Virus record (IMG/VR): IMGVR_UViG_2928125067_000001
Location: 2,187 to 66,186 of that record
Reading direction: 5' to 3' (one strand)
Length of the DNA stretch: 64,000 nt
From: a virus
Shown here: in pieces, positions 52,677 to 61,550 of the stretch
How positions within the stretch are numbered: the stretch's first letter is position 1
Layout of the letters: each line of letters starts with the position of its first letter
Notes under the pieces: generated by a model
Database searches by the model: none
The model's input: only the letters and a program-made list of their open reading frames with translations
What the model was told of the DNA's origin: nothing
Made by a program: the position numbers and the translations under genes

Positions 52677-52985
52677 ATGATTGATCGCAGCGACATCCTT
52701 CGTTCCCGCGACATCATCCGCGATCACTTCGACAACGTGCTCCGCATGATGGACGACGTGGCGGCCGGTAAGCCCGGCCACACCACCGGCACCGTCGATC
52801 TGACGTGCAACGGCCTCGCCTCGGCTCTCAAGACCGCCGGCCTGGATGCCGACGCCATTCGCGACGCCTACCGGCAGCGTGTTCCGGCGCCGCTGGCACG
52901 CCTTCCTCTGGCAGCCCGTCTTCGCCCTTCCCGTCCTGTCCCCGATAGCCGTCTGCCGGCCGTCGCGAGCGTCGGGAGTCTCTGA
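52677..52985 (+). CDS. Hypothetical phage protein
   Basis: RBS GGAGG. Confidence 0.6.
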   Translation: MIDRSDILRSRDIIRDHFDNVLRMMDDVAAGKPGHTTGTVDLTCNGLASALKTAGLDADAIRDAYRQRVPAPLARLPLAARLRPSRPVPDSRLPAVASVGSL

Positions 52986-52988
52986 GCC

Positions 52989-53270
52989 ATGGCTAAGCAT
53001 ACTCCGGGCCCTTGGATGGCGACTATCGGCAATCGCGGCACGCTCTGCGTGATCTCTGGAGACGCTTGGATTTGCGGCGAGCTTTCGAATGGGAACGGTG
53101 AATTTCCCGGAGAAGCCGAAGCCAATGCTCGACTGATTTCCGCTGCGCCGGAAATGCTGGAGGTTTTGGCCGAGTACCTGATGCTTGGCGCGGGCAAGTG
53201 CACGATCGGCCGTCAGCAGGCAGACAAGGCGCTGGCCGTCATCCGCAAAGCTACGGAGGCGCAGTCATGA
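52989..53270 (+). CDS. Conserved phage hypothetical protein
   Basis: KHTPGPW...ANARLI.AAPEML motif. Confidence 0.8.
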   Translation: MAKHTPGPWMATIGNRGTLCVISGDAWICGELSNGNGEFPGEAEANARLISAAPEMLEVLAEYLMLGAGKCTIGRQQADKALAVIRKATEAQS

Positions 53271-53554
53271 GCGCCTTTACCGCCGTAGAGACCCAACCCG
53301 ACTACCACGCGATCTATTTCGGTGATCACAAGGTGGCGATCCTGACGCCCGCCTTCCCCGCCAAGTCCTGGCTCGGTATCCCGATGTTCCCGGCCGAGCC
53401 GTGGACGATCATCCCTGATCCGGAAGCCTTTCCGGACGCGGATTGTGTTGGCCTGCCTCGCCCGCTGAGCCCGACCGGCAACACGTTCGCCAGCTTCGGG
53501 GCGGCTCTGGATTTCCTCGGCATCGAACAGCGTGCGGAGGCGCAAGCTGCATGA
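53267..53554 (+). CDS. Hypothetical phage protein
   Basis: ATGA coupled, RBS GGAGG. Confidence 0.6.
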   Translation: MSAFTAVETQPDYHAIYFGDHKVAILTPAFPAKSWLGIPMFPAEPWTIIPDPEAFPDADCVGLPRPLSPTGNTFASFGAALDFLGIEQRAEAQAA

Positions 53555-53964
53555 GCGCGCTCGATCTATGCGAACGCGAGACAATCGTCGTCGCAACCCA
53601 CGATGGCCCAGACGCAATCCCTTCGTGGCGCTACCGCGATCTGGCTTGTCATAATGGTCTCGGCGGTGAAGCCGGACGCTGGGTCATCACGCATCTGCCG
53701 AGCGGCCTGGCATTCACACAGTTAGGCTCGTTCGAGAAGATCGAAGATGCCGCCGCTGCTCTCGTTGAGGTCGCGCTACTGCGCAACGACTGGCCGTACA
53801 TTGAGCGGGACGACTTGCAGCGGATAGCCGAGCAGGTGCGGCCGATCTTTCGGAAGCACAATGCAAAGCCTCGTCTCTCGCGCCACGGTGGCACCATTTA
53901 CGGGCCGGGCAAGAAAGTCGTCGGACGGCCGCTTAATGGCTTTGATGGTCTGGAGAAGCGGTGA
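53551..53964 (+). CDS. Hypothetical phage protein
   Basis: W.ITHLPSG motif. Confidence 0.7.
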   Translation: MSALDLCERETIVVATHDGPDAIPSWRYRDLACHNGLGGEAGRWVITHLPSGLAFTQLGSFEKIEDAAAALVEVALLRNDWPYIERDDLQRIAEQVRPIFRKHNAKPRLSRHGGTIYGPGKKVVGRPLNGFDGLEKR

Positions 53965-54473
53965 TGAACGCTCCTACTCGCGTCCCGCTTCACGTCGAGA
54001 TGGCGACCGCCAGCCGCGTCGCCGCTCAACTCATCGCCGCCGGTATCGACGAGACCGACCCCGATTTCGCCGAGCTGATGGCCTCGGAGACCGACATTCA
54101 AGACCGGCTGGTGCGGGTACTTCGCGCCGCCCGCTACACAGAGGCTCAAAGCGACGCGCTGGCCGAGATCATCAAAGACAACCGGGAGCGCAAGGCCCGC
54201 CTCGACAAGAAGGTGGAGGACCTACGCAGCGTGGTCATCCAAGCCATGGGCGAGCTTGGCTTGAAGAAGCTCGCGGGTCCCGACCTGGGCGCCTCGCTCT
54301 CTGTCGGCAAGCCGAAGGTTCAGGTCATCGACCCGGCCGCGCTGCCTGACGACGTATGCGTCTTCAAGCGCGAGCCGAGCAAGACCGCCATCGCCGCTGC
54401 ACTCGCCGAAGGCCCGGTCTCGGGCGCCGAGTGGAGCAACCCCGCACCAGTGCTGACCGTCCGCACGAGGTAG
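53964..54473 (+). CDS. Siphovirus Gp157-like (Gam-like) protein
   Basis: Coiled coil; D...LP......PSK.AI...L..G.V.GA. Confidence 0.85.
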   Translation: MNAPTRVPLHVEMATASRVAAQLIAAGIDETDPDFAELMASETDIQDRLVRVLRAARYTEAQSDALAEIIKDNRERKARLDKKVEDLRSVVIQAMGELGLKKLAGPDLGASLSVGKPKVQVIDPAALPDDVCVFKREPSKTAIAAALAEGPVSGAEWSNPAPVLTVRTR

Positions 54474-54475
54474 TT

Positions 54476-55171
54476 GTGAGCGAGAACCTGACCCTCTGGC
54501 GCCAGATCGAGCGCACCGACCCATCGCAGGTCAAGGGCATCACCGGCAAGGCCTACAAGGGCAATTCGCCGAAGCCTCACTTCCTGATCTTCAAGGCGAC
54601 CGAGACCTTCGGACCGTGCGGCCTTGGGTGGGGGTTCGAAATCGTCGAGGAAAAGCTTCTCGACGGCGCTCTAATCGCGCCCGACTTCCATGAACGCATC
54701 CACATGGCCCGTGTTCGGGTCTGGTACGAGTGGAAGGGCAAGCGCGGGCAGGTCGAGCACGTCGGTCAGACTGCCTTCTGCGGCAAACGCAACAACGGTC
54801 AGACCTACACCGACGAGGATGCTCCGAAGAAGTCCGTCACAGATGCGCTCGTGAAGGCGCTCTCCATGATCGGCTTTGCCGGCGACATCTTCATGGGCCG
54901 GTACGACGACAGCAAGTACGTCTCCGACATTAAGCGCGACTTTGAGCAAGAGGCCGCGGCCGAGCAAGACGATAGCCGCGCTCGGTTCTTGAACTCTTGC
55001 CGGCAGCACATTGCTGACGCGGCCGATCCGGTCGCTCTTCGCCAGTGGTGGGCTTCCGACGACCAGAAGCGCGCTCGTCGCGATTTCAGCCTGACGCAGG
55101 ACGAGGTGGACAGCCTCAAGACCGCGTTCGGCGACCGTCTCCAGCAACTCGCACCGAGGGCCGTAGGATGA
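54476..55171 (+). CDS. Sak/Rad52-like single-strand annealing protein
   Basis: TETFGPCG.GWG...DAPKKS.TDAL.KA...G...DIFMG..DD.KY. Confidence 0.75.
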   Translation: MSENLTLWRQIERTDPSQVKGITGKAYKGNSPKPHFLIFKATETFGPCGLGWGFEIVEEKLLDGALIAPDFHERIHMARVRVWYEWKGKRGQVEHVGQTAFCGKRNNGQTYTDEDAPKKSVTDALVKALSMIGFAGDIFMGRYDDSKYVSDIKRDFEQEAAAEQDDSRARFLNSCRQHIADAADPVALRQWWASDDQKRARRDFSLTQDEVDSLKTAFGDRLQQLAPRAVG

Positions 55172-55452
55172 GCCTGTTCGAGCAGAACGTTCTGCCTCTC
55201 TTTGAGGAGCATCGCGCCGACTGGCTGCAGGCGGCACGGGCTGTCGCTGCTCGCTTGGGAGCGGGTGGACGCGCCATCACGATTGATGACGTTCGGGCGC
55301 AGATCCCTCCGCCTCGGCATATCGACCCGCGCGTCATGGGCGCCGTGTTCCTCCGCCGGGATTGGGAAAAGGTCGGCTACCAGAGCAGCATCCGCACAAC
55401 GTGTCACAAGAGGCCCGTGGCGACGTTCCGGCTTCGGAGCGCCGCGCGATGA
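55168..55452 (+). CDS. Hypothetical phage protein
   Basis: TIDDVR...PP...DPR.MGAVF. Confidence 0.75.
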   Translation: MSLFEQNVLPLFEEHRADWLQAARAVAARLGAGGRAITIDDVRAQIPPPRHIDPRVMGAVFLRRDWEKVGYQSSIRTTCHKRPVATFRLRSAAR

Positions 55453-56066
55453 CCGGCCGCGCCTTCCTCATCCTGGCGAATGCCGCCGCGCGCGAGCGTG
55501 CCTGCCAGCACTGCGGGGAGATGTTCTCTCGCCCAAAGGACTACAGCGCCAAGCAATGGGCGCAGAGAGTGTTCTGCTCGCAGGCATGCACCGGCCTCGC
55601 GAAGAAGGCGAAATTGGCTGCTGAGCGGCCGTCGCTCCGAGAGGCGTTCGAGGCGCGCTTCACCAAGGGTGACGGCTGCTGGGAATGGACCGGCGCCTTA
55701 GATGGCTACGGGTACGGCTTCGTTGAGCATGCAGGCCGACGCTATCGGGCTCATGTCCTCGCACTTCGCTTAGCCGGCCGCCCATACGCTGACGGGCTTG
55801 TTGCCTGTCACGACTGCGATAATCCGAAATGCGTCCGGCCTGATCACCTGTATTTCGGCACGCCTCGCGACAATGTTCACGATGCAATGAGACGCGGCCG
55901 TCTCCCTAGGGGCGAAACACATGGCCATGCGAAGCTTACGGAACAACAAGTTCTAGAGGTTCGGGGCATGCCCGGATCGTACTCGGAGATCGCTCGCCGC
56001 CTAGGCGTTTCGCGTCCGACAATCACTCGGATCATCAAGGGCAAGACTTGGAGGCATTTGTCGTGA
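55449..56066 (+). CDS. HNH homing endonuclease fused to NinB-like N-terminus
   Basis: CWEWTG...GYG...CHDCDNPKCVRPDHL..GT...N. Confidence 0.92.
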   Translation: MTGRAFLILANAAARERACQHCGEMFSRPKDYSAKQWAQRVFCSQACTGLAKKAKLAAERPSLREAFEARFTKGDGCWEWTGALDGYGYGFVEHAGRRYRAHVLALRLAGRPYADGLVACHDCDNPKCVRPDHLYFGTPRDNVHDAMRRGRLPRGETHGHAKLTEQQVLEVRGMPGSYSEIARRLGVSRPTITRIIKGKTWRHLS

Positions 56067-56491
56067 GCAAGGCGCTCCTGATTTTGGCCAACGATGCGAT
56101 CCGATCCCGCGCCTTGTCGTGGGTGGGGAGCGCGCCTTTGGGGACGCGGCTTGAGTTTCGCGAGCCTCAACGGTCGCTTTCTCAAAACGCAAAGCTCTGG
56201 GCCATGCTCACCGACATCGCTCGGCAGCATGAGCACTTCGGCCAGCGCTACGAGCCGGATGCCTGGAAGATCCTGTTCCTGACAGCGCTCGGCAAGGAGC
56301 TGAGGCTCGCGCCGGCTCTGGACGGCAAGGGTGTCGTCGCCCTCGGCACTTCGTCGTCCAAGCTCAGCAAGTCCGAAATGTCGGATCTCTTGGAGTTCAT
56401 GACGGCCTGGGGCGCCGAGAACGGGATTGTCTGGTCAGATCCGACCCTGATCCAGGCCGATGCTGCCAGCACTCGGAGGGCTGCGGCATGA
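56063..56491 (+). CDS. ninB: NinB-family recombination protein
   Basis: RS..QNAKLWAML.DI..Q...WK...G.SSS.L...EMSDL.E...A.GA. Confidence 0.9.
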   Translation: MSKALLILANDAIRSRALSWVGSAPLGTRLEFREPQRSLSQNAKLWAMLTDIARQHEHFGQRYEPDAWKILFLTALGKELRLAPALDGKGVVALGTSSSKLSKSEMSDLLEFMTAWGAENGIVWSDPTLIQADAASTRRAAA

Positions 56492-56955
56492 CCGATTGGC
56501 CCTCCTACCTCATGAGCTTCGCGCAGCTCGCCGCCACGAAGTCCAAGGACAGCACGCAGGTCGGTGCGGTCCTCGTCGCCCCGAATGGCCGGTCGGTTCT
56601 CCTGACGGCCTACAACGGTCCGCCCGCCGGCGTGGACGATCTGCCCGAACGCCGCGAGCGGCCGGCGAAGTACCTCTACGCCTGTCATGCCGAACTTGGG
56701 CTCATCTCGACCGCCGCTCGCCACGGCATCCGTACCGAGGGCTGCACGGCCTACGTGACCCATCACCCGTGCAGCGCCTGCGCTCGCACGCTGATCCAGG
56801 CCGGCATCCGCTCTGTCGTCTACGGCGACGGGACCACGTCCATGCCGCCGGAAGAGTTCACGGCCGCCGAGACGATGTTCGCCGAGGCCGGCGTCATCGC
56901 CCGCCGTCGCGTCGCCGAAGCCAATCCCCAGAGTTCATGTGGAGACGCGGCATGA
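56488..56955 (+). CDS. dCMP deaminase-family protein
   Basis: SKD.TQVGA...YNG...HAE...PCSAC. Confidence 0.92.
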   Translation: MTDWPSYLMSFAQLAATKSKDSTQVGAVLVAPNGRSVLLTAYNGPPAGVDDLPERRERPAKYLYACHAELGLISTAARHGIRTEGCTAYVTHHPCSACARTLIQAGIRSVVYGDGTTSMPPEEFTAAETMFAEAGVIARRRVAEANPQSSCGDAA

Positions 56956-57338
56956 GCGATCAGCGCTTCTTCGTCGTCGACTTCCGCAAGGAGTGGACTC
57001 GGCAGCCATACATCACCCTCTGGGGCCCGGACAGCCGCGGCTACAACTGGTCGCTGTCTGGCGCCGGCCGTTACACCGCCGAGGAGCTTGACCGCTCGGT
57101 CGGCTACCACACCCGGCGCCGGTACGTCGCCAGCCGCGGCGCCTACGTCGGCCCGTGGGAACGCTTCGGCGTGCCCTGCGAGGTTCTGGAGCGCCTTGGC
57201 TCGGAGCCCGACACCGAAGGCCGCTGGCGCCTCGACAATGGTGGGCGCCCCATCGTCCGTAACTCAGCTGCGGTCCGCAAGCTGCTGACGGCCAATCGCT
57301 ACGTGCCGAAGCCGGTCACCAGCGTGGAGGCCGCATGA
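56952..57338 (+). CDS. Hypothetical phage protein
   Basis: W.P...GY...L..AGRY motif. Confidence 0.7.
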   Translation: MSDQRFFVVDFRKEWTRQPYITLWGPDSRGYNWSLSGAGRYTAEELDRSVGYHTRRRYVASRGAYVGPWERFGVPCEVLERLGSEPDTEGRWRLDNGGRPIVRNSAAVRKLLTANRYVPKPVTSVEAA

Positions 57339-57493
57339 CCGCCTCCGACGCCTCCTGGCTCACCGCCGCCATGGTCGGCGGCACCGCAATCACTGCGGTC
57401 ACCTTCCGCCTCAACCCCCTCGTCCGCTCAGCAGGCTTGAGGCGGACTTGGCTGCGCTGCCTCATTCGATCTTCCAGCCGATAGGAGACTGAG

Positions 57494-57952
57494 ATGTCCA
57501 CCCTCAACGTCCCGAACCTCGACAAGCTCATCGCCCATCTGGAGGCGCAGCCGCCGGAGCGGATCAATATGGCGTTTACGTCCGTCCGACAGCGCCCGAT
57601 CGTCGGCGAGTGCGGCTGCATCCTCGCGCACTCGGATCTGCTGTTTGGCGACGCAGTTGGATGCGAGGCCTTCGACCCCGAAGACGTCGTTCCGAATGAC
57701 CTCTACATGCCGGACGGCTACTTCGATGAGAGCGAAGGCGTCGTCCGCTACCCCGCGCACCGCGTCATCGCCGCCCTCAAGCGCCTCCGCGACCGGTTCT
57801 TGGCGACGGGCGAGATCGTCGTCGATTGGGGGCCGGAGCCGACTGCTGGCGAGACCTGGGCCGCCCCGCGGGCGACCGAGCTGACCCCGCCGACCCTTCC
57901 TGACGAGATCACCCGGCTTCTCGATCCCGCTCTCACCACCTCGGAGGCCTGA
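57494..57952 (+). CDS. Hypothetical phage protein
   Basis: RBS AGGAGA, 152 aa. Confidence 0.7.
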   Translation: MSTLNVPNLDKLIAHLEAQPPERINMAFTSVRQRPIVGECGCILAHSDLLFGDAVGCEAFDPEDVVPNDLYMPDGYFDESEGVVRYPAHRVIAALKRLRDRFLATGEIVVDWGPEPTAGETWAAPRATELTPPTLPDEITRLLDPALTTSEA

Positions 57953-57953
57953 C

Positions 57954-58304
57954 ATGGCCGAAGCAAGCAACACAGCACCGGCCGAGACGCATCCCGAGGC
58001 TGAGCAGGCTGACAACCGGCTCTGGTACATGCACATCCAGGGACCGGACGATGTCCACGCGGCGCCCGACTTCTGGACGGCCCTAGCATGGGCGGCCGAG
58101 CTGAACACCGCCATCGCGCAGAAGGCCGCCAAGGAGAACTGGGCGGCTGACGGGAACTACCCGCATACGCAGGCCGTCGTGCGGCGTTGGACGTGGTCGG
58201 CGACGGAGCACGCGACCATGCTCGCCCGCGAGCTTGCCGAGCGCCAGGAGCATGCCGAGAAGCGTGCCGCCGCCCTCAAGCAGCGGGAGGCGTCCCATGG
58301 CTAA
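57954..58304 (+). CDS. Hypothetical phage protein
   Basis: LW.MHI.GPDDV.AAP motif. Confidence 0.75.
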   Translation: MAEASNTAPAETHPEAEQADNRLWYMHIQGPDDVHAAPDFWTALAWAAELNTAIAQKAAKENWAADGNYPHTQAVVRRWTWSATEHATMLARELAERQEHAEKRAAALKQREASHG

Positions 58305-58497
58305 GACGCCTCGCTATCCAACCGCTCGCTGGTTCCGTGGCCTGGGCCGGTGCGTCTCCTGCGGCAAGCCCGCGACCGGCGACCTGATGAGCTTCCGGAA
58401 CGACCGGATCGGCACTTTCTGCACGCGGTGCGGCGAGCGGGAGGCGAATGCCGCCCTCAAGGCCGTCGAAGAGACGAGGAAGCCTCTCCATGTCTAG
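58297..58497 (+). CDS. Small Zn-finger protein
   Basis: CVSC...CTRC. Confidence 0.6.
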   Translation: MAKTPRYPTARWFRGLGRCVSCGKPATGDLMSFRNDRIGTFCTRCGEREANAALKAVEETRKPLHV

Positions 58498-59560
58498 CCC
58501 CCACGCCAACCACCAAGGCGAGTCCGGTGACACGGGGCCGGGAGCAAGCCTGCTGGCGAGGGCGCGCGTCGCCTACTACGGCGTCAACGGCCGCGATCCC
58601 GGCACCCAGGAACTGGCCGCTGCGCTCCGGGCTGCTGGCGTAGCAGATCCGTTCGCATCCGCCCCCGCACCTTCTGATCCAGCCGGAGCGGGCGGGGATC
58701 TGGGGGAACCCTCACGAGAAGCCATCGAGATGATGGCCGAGCACCTGCACGAGGAAGGCGATCACGACCGGCAGTGGGTCTGGCCAGAGCACGCTGATGA
58801 TGACGGCTACCGTGGCAACGGCGGGTACGTCACGATCACGCCGACCGATGTGCAGTGCCGGCTTCGCGAGATGGCCCGCCGGGTTCTTATCCGGGCCAAC
58901 CAGATCGCTCACCGCTCCGGCCAGATCGTCGCCTCGACACCGGGACAAAAGGGAGCGGGAGAGGAGAAGACGGGCGCGACCCCGTTGGGGTCAGGCTCTC
59001 GTCCTTCGGATCAGGCTGCTTCGCATCCTGCCCCTGCGGGCTTCGATCCTTCGCGCGGGGCGCTTGGCAGCCGCGTTCTTATTCAAGTCATTGATAGCGG
59101 GTATTACTACTGCGCGTTCAACGAAGGTGTCACGGATCGCATATCTGAAGCTTTCGTCTATGATCTTGAAGAGGCGGAAGGTATTGTCCGCCATGATTGC
59201 TCCACACTTCGGATAATCCCGGTCCCATGCGTCAGCGATGAGCACCCTGCGGGCGAAGACGCGATAGCGGCTGAGGGCGAAGCCTGCCAGCGCGGCGGCG
59301 AAGCCGAGACGCCCGCCCAAACGCCCCCACCCCCGCCCTCCGCAACGCCCGAAGGCGATCCTCAGGAGCTTTCGTTCGGGCCTGGATGCTACGACTTCGC
59401 GTCGTCGGTGGCCGCGAAGGTGGCTGCTCTGCCCTGGGCATGGGCCGAAACCGGCGACGCGCAGGACGACCGGTATTCCGACGTCCAGGCGATCGTGGAC
59501 GCCGAGCTTCGATCTCTCGCGAATGACCGCACCCTTCACGCTGCCGGGGAGGTGCGGTGA
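58490..59560 (+). CDS. Mosaic hypothetical protein
   Basis: 356 aa; modules separated by Pro/Ala linkers; low-GC segment about 59070-59230. Confidence 0.65.
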   Translation: MSSPHANHQGESGDTGPGASLLARARVAYYGVNGRDPGTQELAAALRAAGVADPFASAPAPSDPAGAGGDLGEPSREAIEMMAEHLHEEGDHDRQWVWPEHADDDGYRGNGGYVTITPTDVQCRLREMARRVLIRANQIAHRSGQIVASTPGQKGAGEEKTGATPLGSGSRPSDQAASHPAPAGFDPSRGALGSRVLIQVIDSGYYYCAFNEGVTDRISEAFVYDLEEAEGIVRHDCSTLRIIPVPCVSDEHPAGEDAIAAEGEACQRGGEAETPAQTPPPPPSATPEGDPQELSFGPGCYDFASSVAAKVAALPWAWAETGDAQDDRYSDVQAIVDAELRSLANDRTLHAAGEVR

Positions 59561-59561
59561 C

Positions 59562-59789
59562 ATGAAGAAGCTCATCACCTTCGAAGTCGATACCGACGTC
59601 TACTGGGACACGGTTGCCGAAGTCGGCGACGGTGGCCACGCGATCGGCGCCCGGCTTGCCTGTGTGCTCTTGGCGCCAAACCAAGTCAGCTTCCTCGATG
59701 CCATGGGCATGGCCGTCTACGGCGTGACGGTGGCCTCGGTCACGAACGCCCCCTCCGAGTCCCCGTCCACCAAGGAGACGTCGGAATGA
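59562..59789 (+). CDS. Hypothetical protein
   Basis: RBS GGAGGT; ATGA coupled. Confidence 0.6.
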   Translation: MKKLITFEVDTDVYWDTVAEVGDGGHAIGARLACVLLAPNQVSFLDAMGMAVYGVTVASVTNAPSESPSTKETSE

Positions 59790-60280
59790 GCGCGATCCTC
59801 TCCGAGTGCGGCACCTATCGCTACCGATTGGAGCGCGAGGTCTACGGGCTGCTCGGCAGCAAAGTCGTGGCCTTCGTCATGGTCAACCCGTCCACCGCGG
59901 ACGCCGAGACGGATGACGCAACGGTCCGCAAGGTGATCGGGTTCGCCAGGCGGATGAGCGCTCGGCGGGTCTTGGTCGGCAACCTGTTCGCCTACCGGGC
60001 CACCGACATCAAGGCTCTGCGAGACGCGCCGGACCCGATCGGCGCCGAGAACGACGCGCATCTGCGTCGGATCCTCGGTGAGGCTGACATCTGCATCGTC
60101 GCCTGGGGTGCGCTCGCTAAGCTGCCGCCCAACCTTCGGCGCCGCTGGGCGCGCTTCCACGACATGGCGACCGCCGCTGGCGCGCGGCTAATGTGTCTTG
60201 GCACGGCCCAGGACGGACACCCGCTGCATCCTTGCATGATCGGCTACGAGCGCCCGGTGATTGAATGGAGGCGCCCATGA
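59786..60280 (+). CDS. DUF1643-family protein
   Basis: CG.YRY.L...M.NPSTAD...DD.T...NLFA.RAT...AWG...P.HP. Confidence 0.9.
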   Translation: MSAILSECGTYRYRLEREVYGLLGSKVVAFVMVNPSTADAETDDATVRKVIGFARRMSARRVLVGNLFAYRATDIKALRDAPDPIGAENDAHLRRILGEADICIVAWGALAKLPPNLRRRWARFHDMATAAGARLMCLGTAQDGHPLHPCMIGYERPVIEWRRP

Positions 60281-60822
60281 GCCCCGCCACCGATCCCGGC
60301 CGGGCGGCTGAGGAGATGCAGGAGGTCAGATACCTTCGCGCTGTGATCGACGTCCTGCGACAGGAACTCGTCACCGAACGCAAGCTTGTGAAGGGCTTCG
60401 AAGCCGATCTCATCGCTGCACGGAAGGAGCGGGATGAGGCGCGGGGCTACGCGAACAGGAACGGCAACGCCGCCCGCTACCGGGAATGGATCCACGCCGA
60501 GAAGGACAAGCGCCTCGCTCGCGCCGAAGGAGAAGCCGCCCAACTCCGCGCTCGTCTCCACGAGGCTGAGAAGACCGGGGAGGCTTGGAAGCGCGTCGCA
60601 GTCATCGCGGCGATCCCGCTTGAGGCCATGCGGATGGGCGGCTCGTACAAGGCACTCGCACCGTCGACACAGACCTGTGTGGACGAGGCGGTCGTCACGA
60701 TCCGCATGGCTGTCGCCGGTCACAGCCTCCCACCGGCTGGAAATCTTGATGCCGCTCTAGCGCCCGCCCGCGCCGCCCTCACCCCCGCACCAGAAGCAAG
60801 CCAGGAGGCAGGCGATGCGTAG
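60277..60822 (+). CDS. Coiled-coil phage protein
   Basis: ATGA coupled, 181 aa. Confidence 0.65.
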   Translation: MSPATDPGRAAEEMQEVRYLRAVIDVLRQELVTERKLVKGFEADLIAARKERDEARGYANRNGNAARYREWIHAEKDKRLARAEGEAAQLRARLHEAEKTGEAWKRVAVIAAIPLEAMRMGGSYKALAPSTQTCVDEAVVTIRMAVAGHSLPPAGNLDAALAPARAALTPAPEASQEAGDA

Positions 60823-61231
60823 GCAACCCTCTGTCCAAGCCCGCATGGCTGAGGCTGCCGAGCGCAGAGAGCGCGGCACCCGCCAGGAAGTGCTGGACAC
60901 CTTCTATCACCAGCGCGGCCCATGCTGCGCCGGCTGCGATTGGTGGCACTCGATCAGCTCGCTTGTCGGCGAGTGTCATCAGAGCGCGATGGTGGGCGGT
61001 GCGGAGCGATGGGCAGCCATCGGCATTGAGAACGTCTCCATGCCCCTCCGCGCCGGCCACGTCATCACCGAACGCGCGCACGTCTGCGGGCAATTCAAGG
61101 ACGAGTTCGACTGGTCGAGCCTGCCGCTGCCCTACCGCAAGCAAATTGGCGACCGCACCCTCGCCGCCAAATCCGCCCCTCCCCTCAACCGATCCGAGAC
61201 CGATGGAGGACGACATGGGCCGGAGGCCTGA
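60815..61231 (+). CDS. Cys-rich phage protein
   Basis: GPCCAGCDWW...GEC...CG.FKD.FDW..LP. Confidence 0.7.
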   Translation: MRRQPSVQARMAEAAERRERGTRQEVLDTFYHQRGPCCAGCDWWHSISSLVGECHQSAMVGGAERWAAIGIENVSMPLRAGHVITERAHVCGQFKDEFDWSSLPLPYRKQIGDRTLAAKSAPPLNRSETDGGRHGPEA

Positions 61232-61550
61232 CATCCTGACGCCGCGCGAGGTCGCGGACGAGTGGGGGTGCTCGGAGCAGCACGTCCGCAACATGGTCAA
61301 TCGTGGCGACCTCGGGCATTTCCGGCTCGGCGGCAAGCTACTCAGGATCCCCCGTTCAGCCGTGGAGGCAGCAGAATGCGCCGTGCTCAGCGCGACTACG
61401 ACATCGGACGGCTCAAGACCACTCAGTTCCCCCGAGGCGAGTGTATCCTCACCTTCTATCAAGAGGGCAAGCGACGCCGGCTCCGGCTCGGCACAGATAA
61501 TGAGGCTGAGGCAGAACGTCGTGCGCCAGCGCTTTACGCCGAGGCCCTGA
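61215..61550 (+). CDS. xis: Excisionase (HTH_17/MerR-like)
   Basis: LTPREVA..WGCS..HVR.....G.L..FR.GG...RIP. Confidence 0.85.
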   Translation: MGRRPDILTPREVADEWGCSEQHVRNMVNRGDLGHFRLGGKLLRIPRSAVEAAECAVLSATTTSDGSRPLSSPEASVSSPSIKRASDAGSGSAQIMRLRQNVVRQRFTPRP

